A stretch of 64,000 nt of DNA from a bacterium (GCA_963674695.2 CAXXGI010000003.1:960001-1024000), one strand, 5' to 3'; positions 20,564 to 30,469 are shown, numbered from the stretch's first letter. Numbers and translations are program-made. Notes: generated by a model not told the origin, from the letters alone.

Positions 20564-20730
20564 TTGTATACCAGGGGCGAGACACGCGAGACAGGCGGGA
20601 CACGATACGCCATAGCCGTTGCGCCGCGAGGGGATATCAGGTGTGTCTGGAACAAGCCTCATCTGTGAAGATACACCTGATGTCCCCGGAAGGCGCCAGA
20701 GCTTTTGCGCCGCGATAAGAAAAACATCCC

Positions 20731-21810
20731 ATGCTGAGCAAACTCAAAGACATCGAAAAACGCTACGAGGAGCTGACGCATCAGCTCTCCGATCCGGAAA
20801 TCATCGCCGACCGGAACCGTTTCCAGCGCATTGCGAAGGAACGTTCCGATTTGACGGAGCTCATCGAAGCCTATCGTCGCTGGAATGAGATCAATGGACA
20901 ACTGAATGACAATCGCGAGATGCTCGAATCGGAGAGCGACGCCGAACTTCGCCGCATGGCTTCCGAAGAGATTCCGCACCTCGAAGCGGAATGCGCCGCG
21001 CTCGAACAGGAGATCACCATCCTGCTCCTGCCCAGCGACCCCAACGACGACAAGAACATCCTCATCGAAATTCGTGCGGGAACCGGCGGCGAGGAAGCGG
21101 CGCTCTTCGCGGCAACCCTCTTCCGCATGTATACACGCTTCGCCGAAATCAAGGGCTGGTCGGTCGAAGTGCTCGACGAAAACAGCACGGGACTCGGCGG
21201 CATCAAGGAAGTGATCGCCCGCATCCAGGGGGAGGCCGTCTACAGCGCGCTCAAGTTCGAAAGCGGCGTGCATCGCGTACAACGCGTCCCGAGCACCGAA
21301 GCTTCGGGCCGTATCCACACCTCGGCCTGCACGGTGGCCATCATGCCCGAGGCTGAGGACATCGACGTCCAGATCGACGAGAAGGATCTGCGCATCGACA
21401 CGTATCGCGCCGGTGGCGCGGGCGGACAGCATGTCAACAAGACCGACTCGGCCGTGCGCATCACACACCTCCCCACGGGCGCGGTCGCTGCGTGCCAGAG
21501 CGAACGCAGCCAGCACCAGAACCGCATCCAGGCGATGCGCATCCTGAAGGCGCGCATCTTCGAAGCCGAACAACGCCGCCAGGCGGCCGAGCGCACCGAA
21601 ACACGCCGCTCGATGGTAGGAAGCGGCGACCGCTCGGAGAAGATCCGCACCTACAACTTCCCCCAGAACCGCATCACCGATCACCGCATCGGACTCTCCG
21701 TGCACAACCTCCAGGGAATCCTCGAAGGGGATCTCGACGAGATCATCACCGCACTGCGCACGCAGGAACAGGCGGAGCGGTTGACGAATCGGGACCTCGA
21801 GGTCTCGTAA
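20731..21810 (+). CDS. prfA: Peptide chain release factor 1
   Basis: EIRAGTGGEEA, HRVQRVPST (PxT), GGQHVNKTDSAVR, RTYNFPQNR. Confidence 0.97.
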   Translation: MLSKLKDIEKRYEELTHQLSDPEIIADRNRFQRIAKERSDLTELIEAYRRWNEINGQLNDNREMLESESDAELRRMASEEIPHLEAECAALEQEITILLLPSDPNDDKNILIEIRAGTGGEEAALFAATLFRMYTRFAEIKGWSVEVLDENSTGLGGIKEVIARIQGEAVYSALKFESGVHRVQRVPSTEASGRIHTSACTVAIMPEAEDIDVQIDEKDLRIDTYRAGGAGGQHVNKTDSAVRITHLPTGAVAACQSERSQHQNRIQAMRILKARIFEAEQRRQAAERTETRRSMVGSGDRSEKIRTYNFPQNRITDHRIGLSVHNLQGILEGDLDEIITALRTQEQAERLTNRDLEVS

Positions 21811-21872
21811 ATCGTGGTCTCGTAGTCTCGTTCAAGCAAAGATCGCGAATCTATTCGTGATGTGGAAATGCC

Positions 21873-22790
21873 ATGCAAACGACATCACACATCCTGCAGG
21901 ATGGGAAGAGGCGTCTCGCTGAGGCGGGCATCGCATCGGCGTTGATCGATGCGGAACTCCTGCTGGCTCACATCATTGGATGCCCCCGACTCGAACTTCA
22001 CCTCAAACGCGATCGCGTCCTCACAGCAGACGAGGTCATTCGTTTTGAAGAGGCGATTTCCAAGCGGGAGCAAGGCGCTCCGGTCGATGCGATCACCGGG
22101 CGCAAACCCTTCTGGAACCAGGAGATCATCGTCACGCCGGATGTGCTCACGCCTCGCCCGGAGACCGAACACGTCGTCGAACGCGCCCTTGAGATTTTGG
22201 CTTCCCTTGACACGACCTCACGATCTCACGATTCAGCCATCTCACCATCTCACCATCTCACCATCTCACGAGTCCTAGATCTCTGCACCGGCAGCGGTTG
22301 CATCGCCGCAGCGCTGGCGGCCGAGCTGCCCGATGTGCAGTTCACCGTGACCGACATCTCGGAGAAGGCGCTCGCCGTCGCACGCCAAAACCTCGCCTTT
22401 GCCAAGGATCGCATCAGCTTTTTTCACGGTGATCTGTTCGAAGCGATCTCACGAGACCACGAGAGCACGAGACCACGAACATTCGATCTCATCACCGCCA
22501 ATCCGCCCTACATCCCCGCATCCGACATCGCCACGCTCCCCCGCGAGGTGCGCAAACACGACCCCCTGCCCGCGCTCGACGGCGGCATCTCAGGCCTTGA
22601 TTTCATCGCCCGAATCGTCAAAGATGCCCCCGCTTGGCTGCGGAAAGGCGGCTGGCTGATCATGGAGGTCGGCATCGGCCAGGCACAAGAGGCCAAGCGC
22701 ATCGCCGACGAAACGGCCCATTATAATGATAGCGTCATCACGCAGGATCTCGCCGGAATCGACCGCGTGATCAGCCTTCGCGCATCCTGA
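21873..22790 (+). CDS. prmC: Release factor glutamine methyltransferase, carrying two in-frame repeat-derived insertions
   Basis: PRPETE, LDLCTGSGCI, NPPY, ALDGG..G; follows prfA. Confidence 0.93.
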   Translation: MQTTSHILQDGKRRLAEAGIASALIDAELLLAHIIGCPRLELHLKRDRVLTADEVIRFEEAISKREQGAPVDAITGRKPFWNQEIIVTPDVLTPRPETEHVVERALEILASLDTTSRSHDSAISPSHHLTISRVLDLCTGSGCIAAALAAELPDVQFTVTDISEKALAVARQNLAFAKDRISFFHGDLFEAISRDHESTRPRTFDLITANPPYIPASDIATLPREVRKHDPLPALDGGISGLDFIARIVKDAPAWLRKGGWLIMEVGIGQAQEAKRIADETAHYNDSVITQDLAGIDRVISLRAS

Positions 22791-22846
22791 CTTGGTTTTC
22801 GATTGAGCTATCTCACGATTGAGCTATTAAGCTATCTCACGAACAC

Positions 22847-24106
22847 ATGGAAAAACTCATCATCAAAGGCGGCATCCCCCTCGAAGGCAACGTGCGCATC
22901 AGCGGTGCAAAGAACGCAGCACTCCCGCTGATGGCCTCGGCGCTCCTGGCACCGGGCGACCACGTCTTTGAAAACGTCCCGCAGCTGCGCGACATCCACA
23001 CGATGGGAAAGCTGCTGCACCACATCGGCGCCGAAATCGAACCGGGAGAAACGCTCACCATCCGTACCCAGCGCTTCAACGCCCTGGAAGCGCCCTACGA
23101 TCTCGTCAAGACGATGCGCGCATCGGTCCTGGTGCTGGGTCCGCTCGTCGGCCAACTGCGGCGCGCACGCGTCTCGCTCCCGGGCGGATGTGCCATCGGG
23201 GCACGCCCCATCGATTTGCACCTCAAGGCCCTGGAAGCGATGGGCGCCAAGGTGGAACTCGCCGACGGATACGTCGAGATCTTCGCCCGGCATCTGCATG
23301 GCGCCGAGATCACCTTCGATACGGTAACCGTCACCGGAACCGAAAACATCCTCATGGCCGCCGTGCTCGCCGATGGCACCACCATCCTGCGCAACGCCGC
23401 GCGCGAACCGGAGGTAAGCGATCTCGCCCATCACCTCGTGGCCATGGGGGCCAATATCGAAGGCATCGGCACCGACGTCCTCACGATCCACGGCGTGGAC
23501 AAGCTTACCCCCGCCCCGCATCGCATTATCCCCGACCGGATCGAAGCGGGCACCATGCTGATCGCCGCTGCCATCACCGGCGGCCAACTCAACATTCAGG
23601 ATTTCCCCGTCGATGCCCTGGGCACGCTCATCGCACGGCTGCGCGAAACCGGCATGAAGATCCAGACCGAGGGCAACCGAGTGAAGGCATTCGGAAACGG
23701 CCGGTTGGGCGCCATCAACATCACCACCGCCCCCCACCCGGGATTTGCCACCGACCTGCAGGCGCAGTTCATGGCGCTCATGGCGCTGGCCAAGGGGACG
23801 AGCATCATCACGGAGACGATCTTCGAAAACCGGTTCATGCATGTGCCGGAGCTGGCGCGCATGGGGGCCAAGATCTCTACCGACGGCGGCGTCGCGGTGA
23901 TCACGGGCGTCGGTGAGCTCAAGGGCGCGCCCGTCATGGCCACCGATCTGCGTGCCAGCGCCTCGCTCGTGCTCGCGGGCCTCGGAGCGCGGGGCACAAC
24001 GGAGATACGCCGCATCTATCATCTCGACCGCGGCTACGAACGGATTGAAGAGAAACTCTCCGCGTGCGGCGCACAGATCGAACGCCAAACCGACGATGTG
24101 CTCTGA
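22847..24106 (+). CDS. murA: UDP-N-acetylglucosamine 1-carboxyvinyltransferase
   Basis: [49 protein letters not shown]. Confidence 0.97.
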   Translation: MEKLIIKGGIPLEGNVRISGAKNAALPLMASALLAPGDHVFENVPQLRDIHTMGKLLHHIGAEIEPGETLTIRTQRFNALEAPYDLVKTMRASVLVLGPLVGQLRRARVSLPGGCAIGARPIDLHLKALEAMGAKVELADGYVEIFARHLHGAEITFDTVTVTGTENILMAAVLADGTTILRNAAREPEVSDLAHHLVAMGANIEGIGTDVLTIHGVDKLTPAPHRIIPDRIEAGTMLIAAAITGGQLNIQDFPVDALGTLIARLRETGMKIQTEGNRVKAFGNGRLGAINITTAPHPGFATDLQAQFMALMALAKGTSIITETIFENRFMHVPELARMGAKISTDGGVAVITGVGELKGAPVMATDLRASASLVLAGLGARGTTEIRRIYHLDRGYERIEEKLSACGAQIERQTDDVL

Positions 24107-24190
24107 TCGACACCGAATCGCGTTGCTTTCGCTTTGAGCTCTCCGCACACCTATGCTAGGATTCCGTCTCCCGCTGAGGAGGAAACAACC

Positions 24191-24949
24191 ATGATCCTCG
24201 TACCGAAGATGTATCTGCGTGACGGCAAGGTGGCCGCGCGTCAGGGAACGACCTCCCCCCTCTTTCAGGACGATCCGTTTGCAACGGCGCAGGCCATGAC
24301 GGACTCTGGCGCCGAGGCCATCCAAATCGTCGATCTGGGCATTCCTCATGTCGGCACCAGCCCGCATCTGCCTATCATCACGCGCATTCATCATGAACTC
24401 GAAGTAGCCGTCTATGTCGGCGGAAGTTTCAAGACGACACAGTCGGTCGAGTCGTTCATGAATGCCGAAATAGAACTCGTCGCGCTCGACAGCGTGGCGT
24501 ATCAGCAGCCCGCATTCCTCAAGGAAGTGATCGAACAGTTTCCGGCCCGCGTCGCCGTGCACATCGATGTCAAAGCCGGGCGCGTCACCATTCCTGGCTA
24601 CACGGTCGTCGCCAACAAGACCGCGCTCGACTATGCGGAACGCTTCATCGACCAAGGCGTGCGCTTCATCCTTTACTCCGACGTCGGTCCTTCCGGGACG
24701 ATGGAAAATGACAACTTCGACCAGCTGCTCGAGTTCTGCAACAAGGCCACCGCGCGCATCTTCTGCACCTCCGAGATCAGCTCGCTCGCCGACATGCAGC
24801 GTATCGCGTTGCTCGGTGCGCCGCGCCTGGATGCGCTCGTGCTCGACCGATCGCTGGCCGAAGGGCACATCGATCTGCGCGGCGCCATCGCCATGCTCGC
24901 CGACCTGTCGCTGGAGAGCTCCGACGAAGCGACGCTGACGGATATGTAA
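24191..24949 (+). CDS. HisA/HisF-like TIM-barrel protein with degenerate active-site motifs
   Basis: MILVP..L.DGK...QG, GA..IQIVDL, VGG, HIDVK.G.V...GY, LYSDV...G pattern; GAGGAG RBS. Confidence 0.75.
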   Translation: MILVPKMYLRDGKVAARQGTTSPLFQDDPFATAQAMTDSGAEAIQIVDLGIPHVGTSPHLPIITRIHHELEVAVYVGGSFKTTQSVESFMNAEIELVALDSVAYQQPAFLKEVIEQFPARVAVHIDVKAGRVTIPGYTVVANKTALDYAERFIDQGVRFILYSDVGPSGTMENDNFDQLLEFCNKATARIFCTSEISSLADMQRIALLGAPRLDALVLDRSLAEGHIDLRGAIAMLADLSLESSDEATLTDM

Positions 24950-25029
24950 ACGGTGAACAGTGAACCGTGAGCGGTGATCAGCAAACAAAACCCTGTTGTA
25001 TTATTTTGTTCACGGTTCACGGTTCACGG
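24946..25029. repeat. Inverted pair of heptamer tandem arrays
   Basis: GTAAACG GTGAACA GTGAACC GTGAGCG GTGATCA, then 27 nt, then (GTTCACG)x3. Confidence 0.75.
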
Positions 25030-25036
25030 AGGTTTT

Positions 25037-25378
25037 ATGGCTGACTGCATCTTCTGTAAAATCGCAAAGGGTGAGATCCCAGCGGAAAAAGTCTATGAAG
25101 ATGAGCAGATCATCGCCTTCAACGACATCAATCCAGTCGCCCCGACCCACGTGCTCATCATCCCGAAGGAACACATCCCCACGCTCGACGCGCTGGCCGA
25201 CGACAAGATCGAACTGGTCTCGCGCATGGTGCAAGCAGCGCGAAAGATCGCGCGCGAGCGGGGCGTGCACGAGAGCGGCTATCGCACGCTGATCAACTGC
25301 AACAAAGACGCCGGACAGGAAGTCTTCCACCTGCATCTACATGTCATCGGAGGGCGCAAGCTCGGCCCGATGGCTTAA
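25037..25378 (+). CDS. Histidine triad (HIT) nucleotide-binding protein
   Basis: DCIFCKI..GEIP, AFNDINP.AP.HVLIIP, GQEVFHLHLH. Confidence 0.95.
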   Translation: MADCIFCKIAKGEIPAEKVYEDEQIIAFNDINPVAPTHVLIIPKEHIPTLDALADDKIELVSRMVQAARKIARERGVHESGYRTLINCNKDAGQEVFHLHLHVIGGRKLGPMA

Positions 25379-25382
25379 ATAC

Positions 25383-25483
25383 CGTGAATCGTAACTCGTA
25401 ACTCGTAACTCGTAACTCGTAAATCACCTTACGCTAATCGATACCACGAATCACGAGTCACGAATTACGAGCTACGAGTTACG
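25383..25483. repeat. Inverted pair of heptamer tandem arrays
   Basis: CGTGAAT (CGTAACT)x4 CGTAAAT, then 20 nt, then CACGAAT CACGAGT CACGAAT TACGAGC TACGAGT TACG. Confidence 0.8.
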
Positions 25484-25489
25484 GCTTTT

Positions 25490-27031
25490 ATGGATACAAT
25501 CGTCAGCATCAATCCCGCGACACTCGAAACGATCGGACGCACGCCGATCACGACGCCCGCGATGGTCAAGGAATGCGTTGCCGCTGCCCATGCCGCACAA
25601 GGGTGTTGGGGACAGCTCTCCTTTCATGAGCGCGGGCGATACCTCTTGCGCGCGCGCGAATATCTCCTCGACCACATCGACGAAATCGCGCGCACCATCG
25701 CTGCCGACAATGGAAAACCACTGGCCGAGGCGCTCACCGCCGAGATCTATCCGGTGGCCGATCTCATCCATCATTTTGCCCACCATGCCGAAGGGCATCT
25801 CCGCTCGTTTCGGATTCCCATCGGCATCATGGGCACACTCCGTCGCCGCTCGCGCATCAACTTCACGCCGCTGGGGGTCGTGGGCATTGTGAGTCCCTGG
25901 AACTATCCCTTCTCGATCCCCGCCGGTGAAATCGCCATGGCGCTCATCTGTGGAAACGCGGTCCTGCTCAAACCCTCGTCGACGACCGCGCTCGTGGGCG
26001 CCAACGTCGCGGAGATGTTCGAAGCCGCCGAGCTTCCCGCTGGAATCTTTCACCACCTGCCCGGCGATGCCTCCACCGGCGAAGCGCTGATCGGCTCGCA
26101 CCTGGACAAACTCCTCTTCACCGGAAGCGTGGGCGTCGGTCGTCACGTCATGGGCGCCTGCACCGAAAACCTGACGCCGTGCGTATTGGAACTGGGCGGA
26201 AAGGATCCGATGATCGTGCGCGTCGACGCCGACCTGGACGTCGCCTCCAGCGGCGCGGTCTGGGGCGCGTTCACCAACGCGGGGCAGTGCTGCGCATCGG
26301 TCGAGCGCTGCTACGTCCATGAATCGCGTTTCGAAGAGTTCGTCGAACGCTGCGTGCGAAAAACGATGGCGCTGCGCGTCGGCAACGGACTGAATCCCAA
26401 TATCGATGTCGGCCCCCTCACGACCGAGGCGCAACGCGATGTGGTGGAAGCCCATGTGGCCGATGCCCGCGGGCGAGGGGCAACGATCCCTTGCGGCGGC
26501 GAGCGCCTCGAAAATCTGCCGGGGTATTTCTTTCCGCCGACGATCCTCACCGGCGTCGATCACAGCTTCACCTGCGTGCGCGACGAGACCTTCGGGCCGC
26601 TCCTGCCCATCATGCCCTTTTCCGACGACGCGCAGGCCGTGCATCTTGCCAACGACTCCGCCTTTGGCCTGACCGCCTCGATCTGGACGCGCGATATCAG
26701 GACAGGACAGAAGATGGCGCGCGCCATCCGCACGGGCACGGTGATGATCAACGACTGCGTCTTCACGCACGCGCTCTCACAGACCCCGTGGGGCGGCTGC
26801 AAGAATTCGGGGTTCGGCCGCTCGCACTCCCGCTTCGGTCTGCACGAACTCGTCCACGTGCACCACACGCACACCAATCGATTGAACCGCAAGGACTTCT
26901 GGTGGTATCCCTACGACGCCGATTTCCTCCGAAACTTCACCACGCTCGCCCGGCGACTGACCGGTGGAATCCTCTCGCAGATGATGGGAATTCCCGCGTT
27001 CGTAAAGACATGGAGGAAGAGAAAACTGTAG
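25490..27031 (+). CDS. Aldehyde dehydrogenase family protein
   Basis: PWNYP, KPS, FTGS, LELGGKD, NAGQCC, ETFGP, WGG.K.SGFGR. Confidence 0.93.
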   Translation: MDTIVSINPATLETIGRTPITTPAMVKECVAAAHAAQGCWGQLSFHERGRYLLRAREYLLDHIDEIARTIAADNGKPLAEALTAEIYPVADLIHHFAHHAEGHLRSFRIPIGIMGTLRRRSRINFTPLGVVGIVSPWNYPFSIPAGEIAMALICGNAVLLKPSSTTALVGANVAEMFEAAELPAGIFHHLPGDASTGEALIGSHLDKLLFTGSVGVGRHVMGACTENLTPCVLELGGKDPMIVRVDADLDVASSGAVWGAFTNAGQCCASVERCYVHESRFEEFVERCVRKTMALRVGNGLNPNIDVGPLTTEAQRDVVEAHVADARGRGATIPCGGERLENLPGYFFPPTILTGVDHSFTCVRDETFGPLLPIMPFSDDAQAVHLANDSAFGLTASIWTRDIRTGQKMARAIRTGTVMINDCVFTHALSQTPWGGCKNSGFGRSHSRFGLHELVHVHHTHTNRLNRKDFWWYPYDADFLRNFTTLARRLTGGILSQMMGIPAFVKTWRKRKL

Positions 27032-27037
27032 GACGTC

Positions 27038-28603
27038 TCAGATCCCGCGCCCCGAAACCACCCGCCGAACATAGTCGAATATGATTCCAACGCGCTGGGC
27101 GGAATCGCGCTCGCTCCCCCACCATTGTTCGACATCTTCCTTTGCCGAAGCGGTGTTGAAGCCTCCGCGGTTGGGATAGCCGCCGCCCCACCGTTCCCCG
27201 CCGGGGCTCGAAAGGCACAGGCGCGTCAGATCGATCGCGTCGTTGTGCGGATCGCGCGCCAACATCGCGTCGACGTGACCGCCATCGAGTTCGCGATAGT
27301 GCACGAGGACGCGGTCGCCGTAGCCACCGTTGTCGGCGAGCTGGGCGTAGACGAGTTTACTCACGAGGATCGTGATCGCATCGGTTGAATCGATCCGGTG
27401 GAAGAAGACAGGATCATCCGAGCGTTTGAAGAGGTCGATCGAACGGTGCACCTCGCGTGCAATATCTCCCGACCAAGAACGAAAGTGATCGCCGAAGTGC
27501 ACGGCCATGATTGCATCGAGTTTCTCCTCGAATGCCGCAATGGATTCGCTCGCAGCAAGCCCCTGAACGATCTCCCGGAGACAGCTGCGCGCTGCAACCG
27601 CTGACTTCCCGCCGAGGTAGGGCCCGACGAGATTGAGCGTGTCGGCGACGGGCTCCGCCGCCGCGACATCGAACCCCGCCATCGTGCGTGGAAAGTGTGT
27701 ATGGAACTTGTCGCCGACGAGCGCCAGGCGTTTGATGAAAGCGAATACCGGATCGCCCGTCGAATACAGATCGGCGCAGAAAGCCCCCGAGCAGTAGAGG
27801 CTCGCATCTGAGCGACCCAGGACGTGATGATTATTGATGAGAATGAGATCATCGGACGCGCGCGCATCGATCGTCTGCACAAACGCATCGTCCCACTGGT
27901 GGTGATCCTGAACGACGATGGCATCGAAACCAAAATCACCACTGCGCTGAAAATCATCGACGGCGTTGAAGCGAATATCCCCCACGAAGAGGGCGCGCAT
28001 GCCTTGCAGATGGGGCAAATCGAGCCGCGCCCGATCCTCGTCGGTGTAGCCCTTCATGTCGTCCGAGATCGGGAGGAGGCAGAGAGAGAGCGCTCCGTCA
28101 TCGCGCGCCTCGGTCGGATCGTCGATCACGCGCAACGTTCGACCCTGCGCGTGCGCCTCGTGCGCGAGCCGCTTCCAGATCGCCGCCGCCGCAGAAACGG
28201 TGTCGGCATCGGCCGGAATGCGTCCCGCATGGTGTGGCGCGACGATCACCAGCGCATGATCGGCCACGACCCTCGTCACCAGCGCATCGACGGATCCCTT
28301 GAGCGCAGCAAGAGGACCGCCGGCATTCCATCCGGCATCCACCTCGCGCTCGATCGCGGTCGAAGCGATCCGCGTCTCCGCGAGATCGGCGGGCGTCACC
28401 GCCGCCTCCGCCGCAAACCGCTCGGCGCGCAACGGCATAGAGGCAAAAGCGAGGTTGGCATCCAGATCCGGGCGTTCGAATCCATAGGTCTGCGCGACGA
28501 AGAGATCCTGCGCCGCGTCGTCCCCGGCTGCGGGTTGCGGAAACAGATCAAGCGACCCCACCGTGCCAAACGCAGAAATCGGTGCAGATAGAGCAATCGA
28601 CAT
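27038..28603 (-). CDS. Divergent DHH-family phosphoesterase-like protein with N-terminal extension
   Basis: PADADTVSA, FVGDI, VQDHH, ALVGD and C-terminal GGGYPNRGG occur in DHH/DHHA1 motif order; GGAGG RBS. Confidence 0.55.
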   Translation of the reverse strand: MSIALSAPISAFGTVGSLDLFPQPAAGDDAAQDLFVAQTYGFERPDLDANLAFASMPLRAERFAAEAAVTPADLAETRIASTAIEREVDAGWNAGGPLAALKGSVDALVTRVVADHALVIVAPHHAGRIPADADTVSAAAAIWKRLAHEAHAQGRTLRVIDDPTEARDDGALSLCLLPISDDMKGYTDEDRARLDLPHLQGMRALFVGDIRFNAVDDFQRSGDFGFDAIVVQDHHQWDDAFVQTIDARASDDLILINNHHVLGRSDASLYCSGAFCADLYSTGDPVFAFIKRLALVGDKFHTHFPRTMAGFDVAAAEPVADTLNLVGPYLGGKSAVAARSCLREIVQGLAASESIAAFEEKLDAIMAVHFGDHFRSWSGDIAREVHRSIDLFKRSDDPVFFHRIDSTDAITILVSKLVYAQLADNGGYGDRVLVHYRELDGGHVDAMLARDPHNDAIDLTRLCLSSPGGERWGGGYPNRGGFNTASAKEDVEQWWGSERDSAQRVGIIFDYVRRVVSGRGI

Positions 28604-28624
28604 CCTTGACCTCCCAATGACCGA

Positions 28625-28651
28625 TTATCGGCCCGGCCGACAAAAAGTTGC
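28625..28651 (-). promoter_or_regulatory. Putative alternative-sigma promoter (sigma-28-like -10)
   Basis: Minus strand GCAAC-N15-CCGATAA (GCCGATAA), 21 nt upstream of ATG 28603. Confidence 0.7.
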
Positions 28652-28851
28652 CTCTTTATTCGTCCTTACTCCGCTCGAGGGCTAACAACGCCATCGTCAT
28701 ATTCGATCGTATCTGACGACAGCACTGCCGAATTGAATGCCGCATACATGTCGGATTGGCTCTTTAACTACTTGATATTATTGGAAATATATCCCGCCTT
28801 GGAAGACTCCCCCGGAAGTCCCAGAAACCAGTCGTCCATCGGATGCGGCGA

Positions 28852-30258
28852 TCACTCCTCTTCCGCCTCGGCTCGTAGCGCCTCGGCACTCATCTCTTGG
28901 AGATAGACGGGCGCGATGTGCGGGGAGGCGCGAAGTCGGCCGATGAGATCTCCGGGTTTGATCTCCCGGACGGAATCGATTCGCCCGCGGATCAACTCCT
29001 CAAATCGGTCGCCGGTCACGCGCATCGCGTAGTGCGGAATGGCACTGAAGCGATCGTATCCCATCCGGCAATACGCCTGCGTCCCATGGAAGATCGCGCG
29101 CGCGAAGTAATCGCCGCCGAACGATGCCGCGAGTGAAGCCAACTCTTCCCGGCGCTCGACGCTCTCGGCAAACACCGCCTCCGCTCCCGCGAGCAGACGC
29201 CCCAAGAATCCCTCGGGGAGCGAAACATTGTACGCCGTCATCCCGTTCAGGGGGAAGAGCCATTGCAGCGACAGGGCGATCCGCTCGATGGCGAAGTCGA
29301 TCGGGGGTTTGGCAGGCATATCGTACACCTCCGAGCCAAAGATGCCCGTCTTCTCGAAATCCAGGACACCGACCGGCGCCTGCATCGGCAAGAGTACGTT
29401 TTCGCAATGGAGGTCATGGCTATTGGTCAGATAATCGACCGCGATCGCCCGGCCCAATCCCTCGAAGAGCGGGAGGAAACGATCACGATCTCCTAGGAGA
29501 TAGCGCTGAAGCGGGAAGTCCCGTCCCTGCTTGATGCTCTCTCGGAAGAGATCGACAAGGGGTCGTCCCTCCATCGCCGGCATCCAAAAAGCATGCGGCG
29601 TCGTCGATCGAACATACGAGGGAACCTTGAGACCCATCGCCGCGGCATATCCCGCGCCGCGCAGCTCCGCTCCTCCCGTCCGGCCATACTTGTAGTACGC
29701 CGTATATTTCTTTACCTCACCTTGAAACGTCACGCGCCGGGTCGCATTGTGGAACAGCGCCTGACCGCGCTTGAATTGATCGATGATCAATCGAGCCCGC
29801 TCGTCGATCTGATGTGCCCGACGGAAGAGTTCTGGCCCGCGATTGCACAGCAGCGAAAACCGCCGCGATATCTCATAGCCGTGATCGTCGGCTCCCCGGG
29901 CAATGAACGTCAGCGTGAAATCCGTTCTCGTCGGCTCCACCTTGAGATCCGTGATCGTAAAATAGACGTGCTCGTCACCGACCTTCTCTTCCGTGACGAC
30001 GCGCAGCGCTTCATCGGTGCCCAGCGTGCGGTTGATGACGCCGGCACGAAGATCCGCTTCGACGGCCTTGGCGAACGGCACGTGCCGCAGACCGCGATTG
30101 TCTTTGGGGGCAAACCGATGAAACAGGGCAGGAGCTCTTTCTTGAAACGATCGCGCCCAGTTCGATTCGGGCTCGGACGGAACGGGCGAGAGATCCAGAT
30201 CGACGCCGTCAGCACCGAAGGCGGGATCCGCGGAACCAAAGAACACAGGCGCTGACAT
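28852..30258 (-). CDS. HipA/PI3-PI4-kinase-like atypical kinase domain protein (start uncertain, 30258-30321)
   Basis: YYK...AE.....AAMGLKVP, DYLTNSHDLHCENVL and LDFE motifs. Confidence 0.55.
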   Translation of the reverse strand: MSAPVFFGSADPAFGADGVDLDLSPVPSEPESNWARSFQERAPALFHRFAPKDNRGLRHVPFAKAVEADLRAGVINRTLGTDEALRVVTEEKVGDEHVYFTITDLKVEPTRTDFTLTFIARGADDHGYEISRRFSLLCNRGPELFRRAHQIDERARLIIDQFKRGQALFHNATRRVTFQGEVKKYTAYYKYGRTGGAELRGAGYAAAMGLKVPSYVRSTTPHAFWMPAMEGRPLVDLFRESIKQGRDFPLQRYLLGDRDRFLPLFEGLGRAIAVDYLTNSHDLHCENVLLPMQAPVGVLDFEKTGIFGSEVYDMPAKPPIDFAIERIALSLQWLFPLNGMTAYNVSLPEGFLGRLLAGAEAVFAESVERREELASLAASFGGDYFARAIFHGTQAYCRMGYDRFSAIPHYAMRVTGDRFEELIRGRIDSVREIKPGDLIGRLRASPHIAPVYLQEMSAEALRAEAEEE

Positions 30259-30469
30259 CGCCGCCATTTGGAAAGAAACGACCACATACACCTCACCGTT
30301 CAACCGTTCCCCGACCATCACAACCTATTTCATTTGCCGTCGACGTCAACGAAGAGAATACAAACTTTCTTGTATCCCGCATTATAAGGCTGTCATGAGC
30401 GAACTTGCCGCGCTATCCCTGTAATATTCCTTGCCTCTTTCGGAGAGTTTATCCTATACGACCGCCGCC

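Noticed and set aside
22832-24988. 718-aa minus-strand ORF
   Set aside because: Antisense shadow of murA and the HisA-like gene; typical of GC-rich codon bias, with no motifs.
30382-30409. Sixth copy of the promoter motif (minus strand GCAAG-N15-CTTATAA) upstream of the kinase-like gene
   Set aside because: Three mismatches and could equally be a sigma-70 TATAAT; too weak to count.
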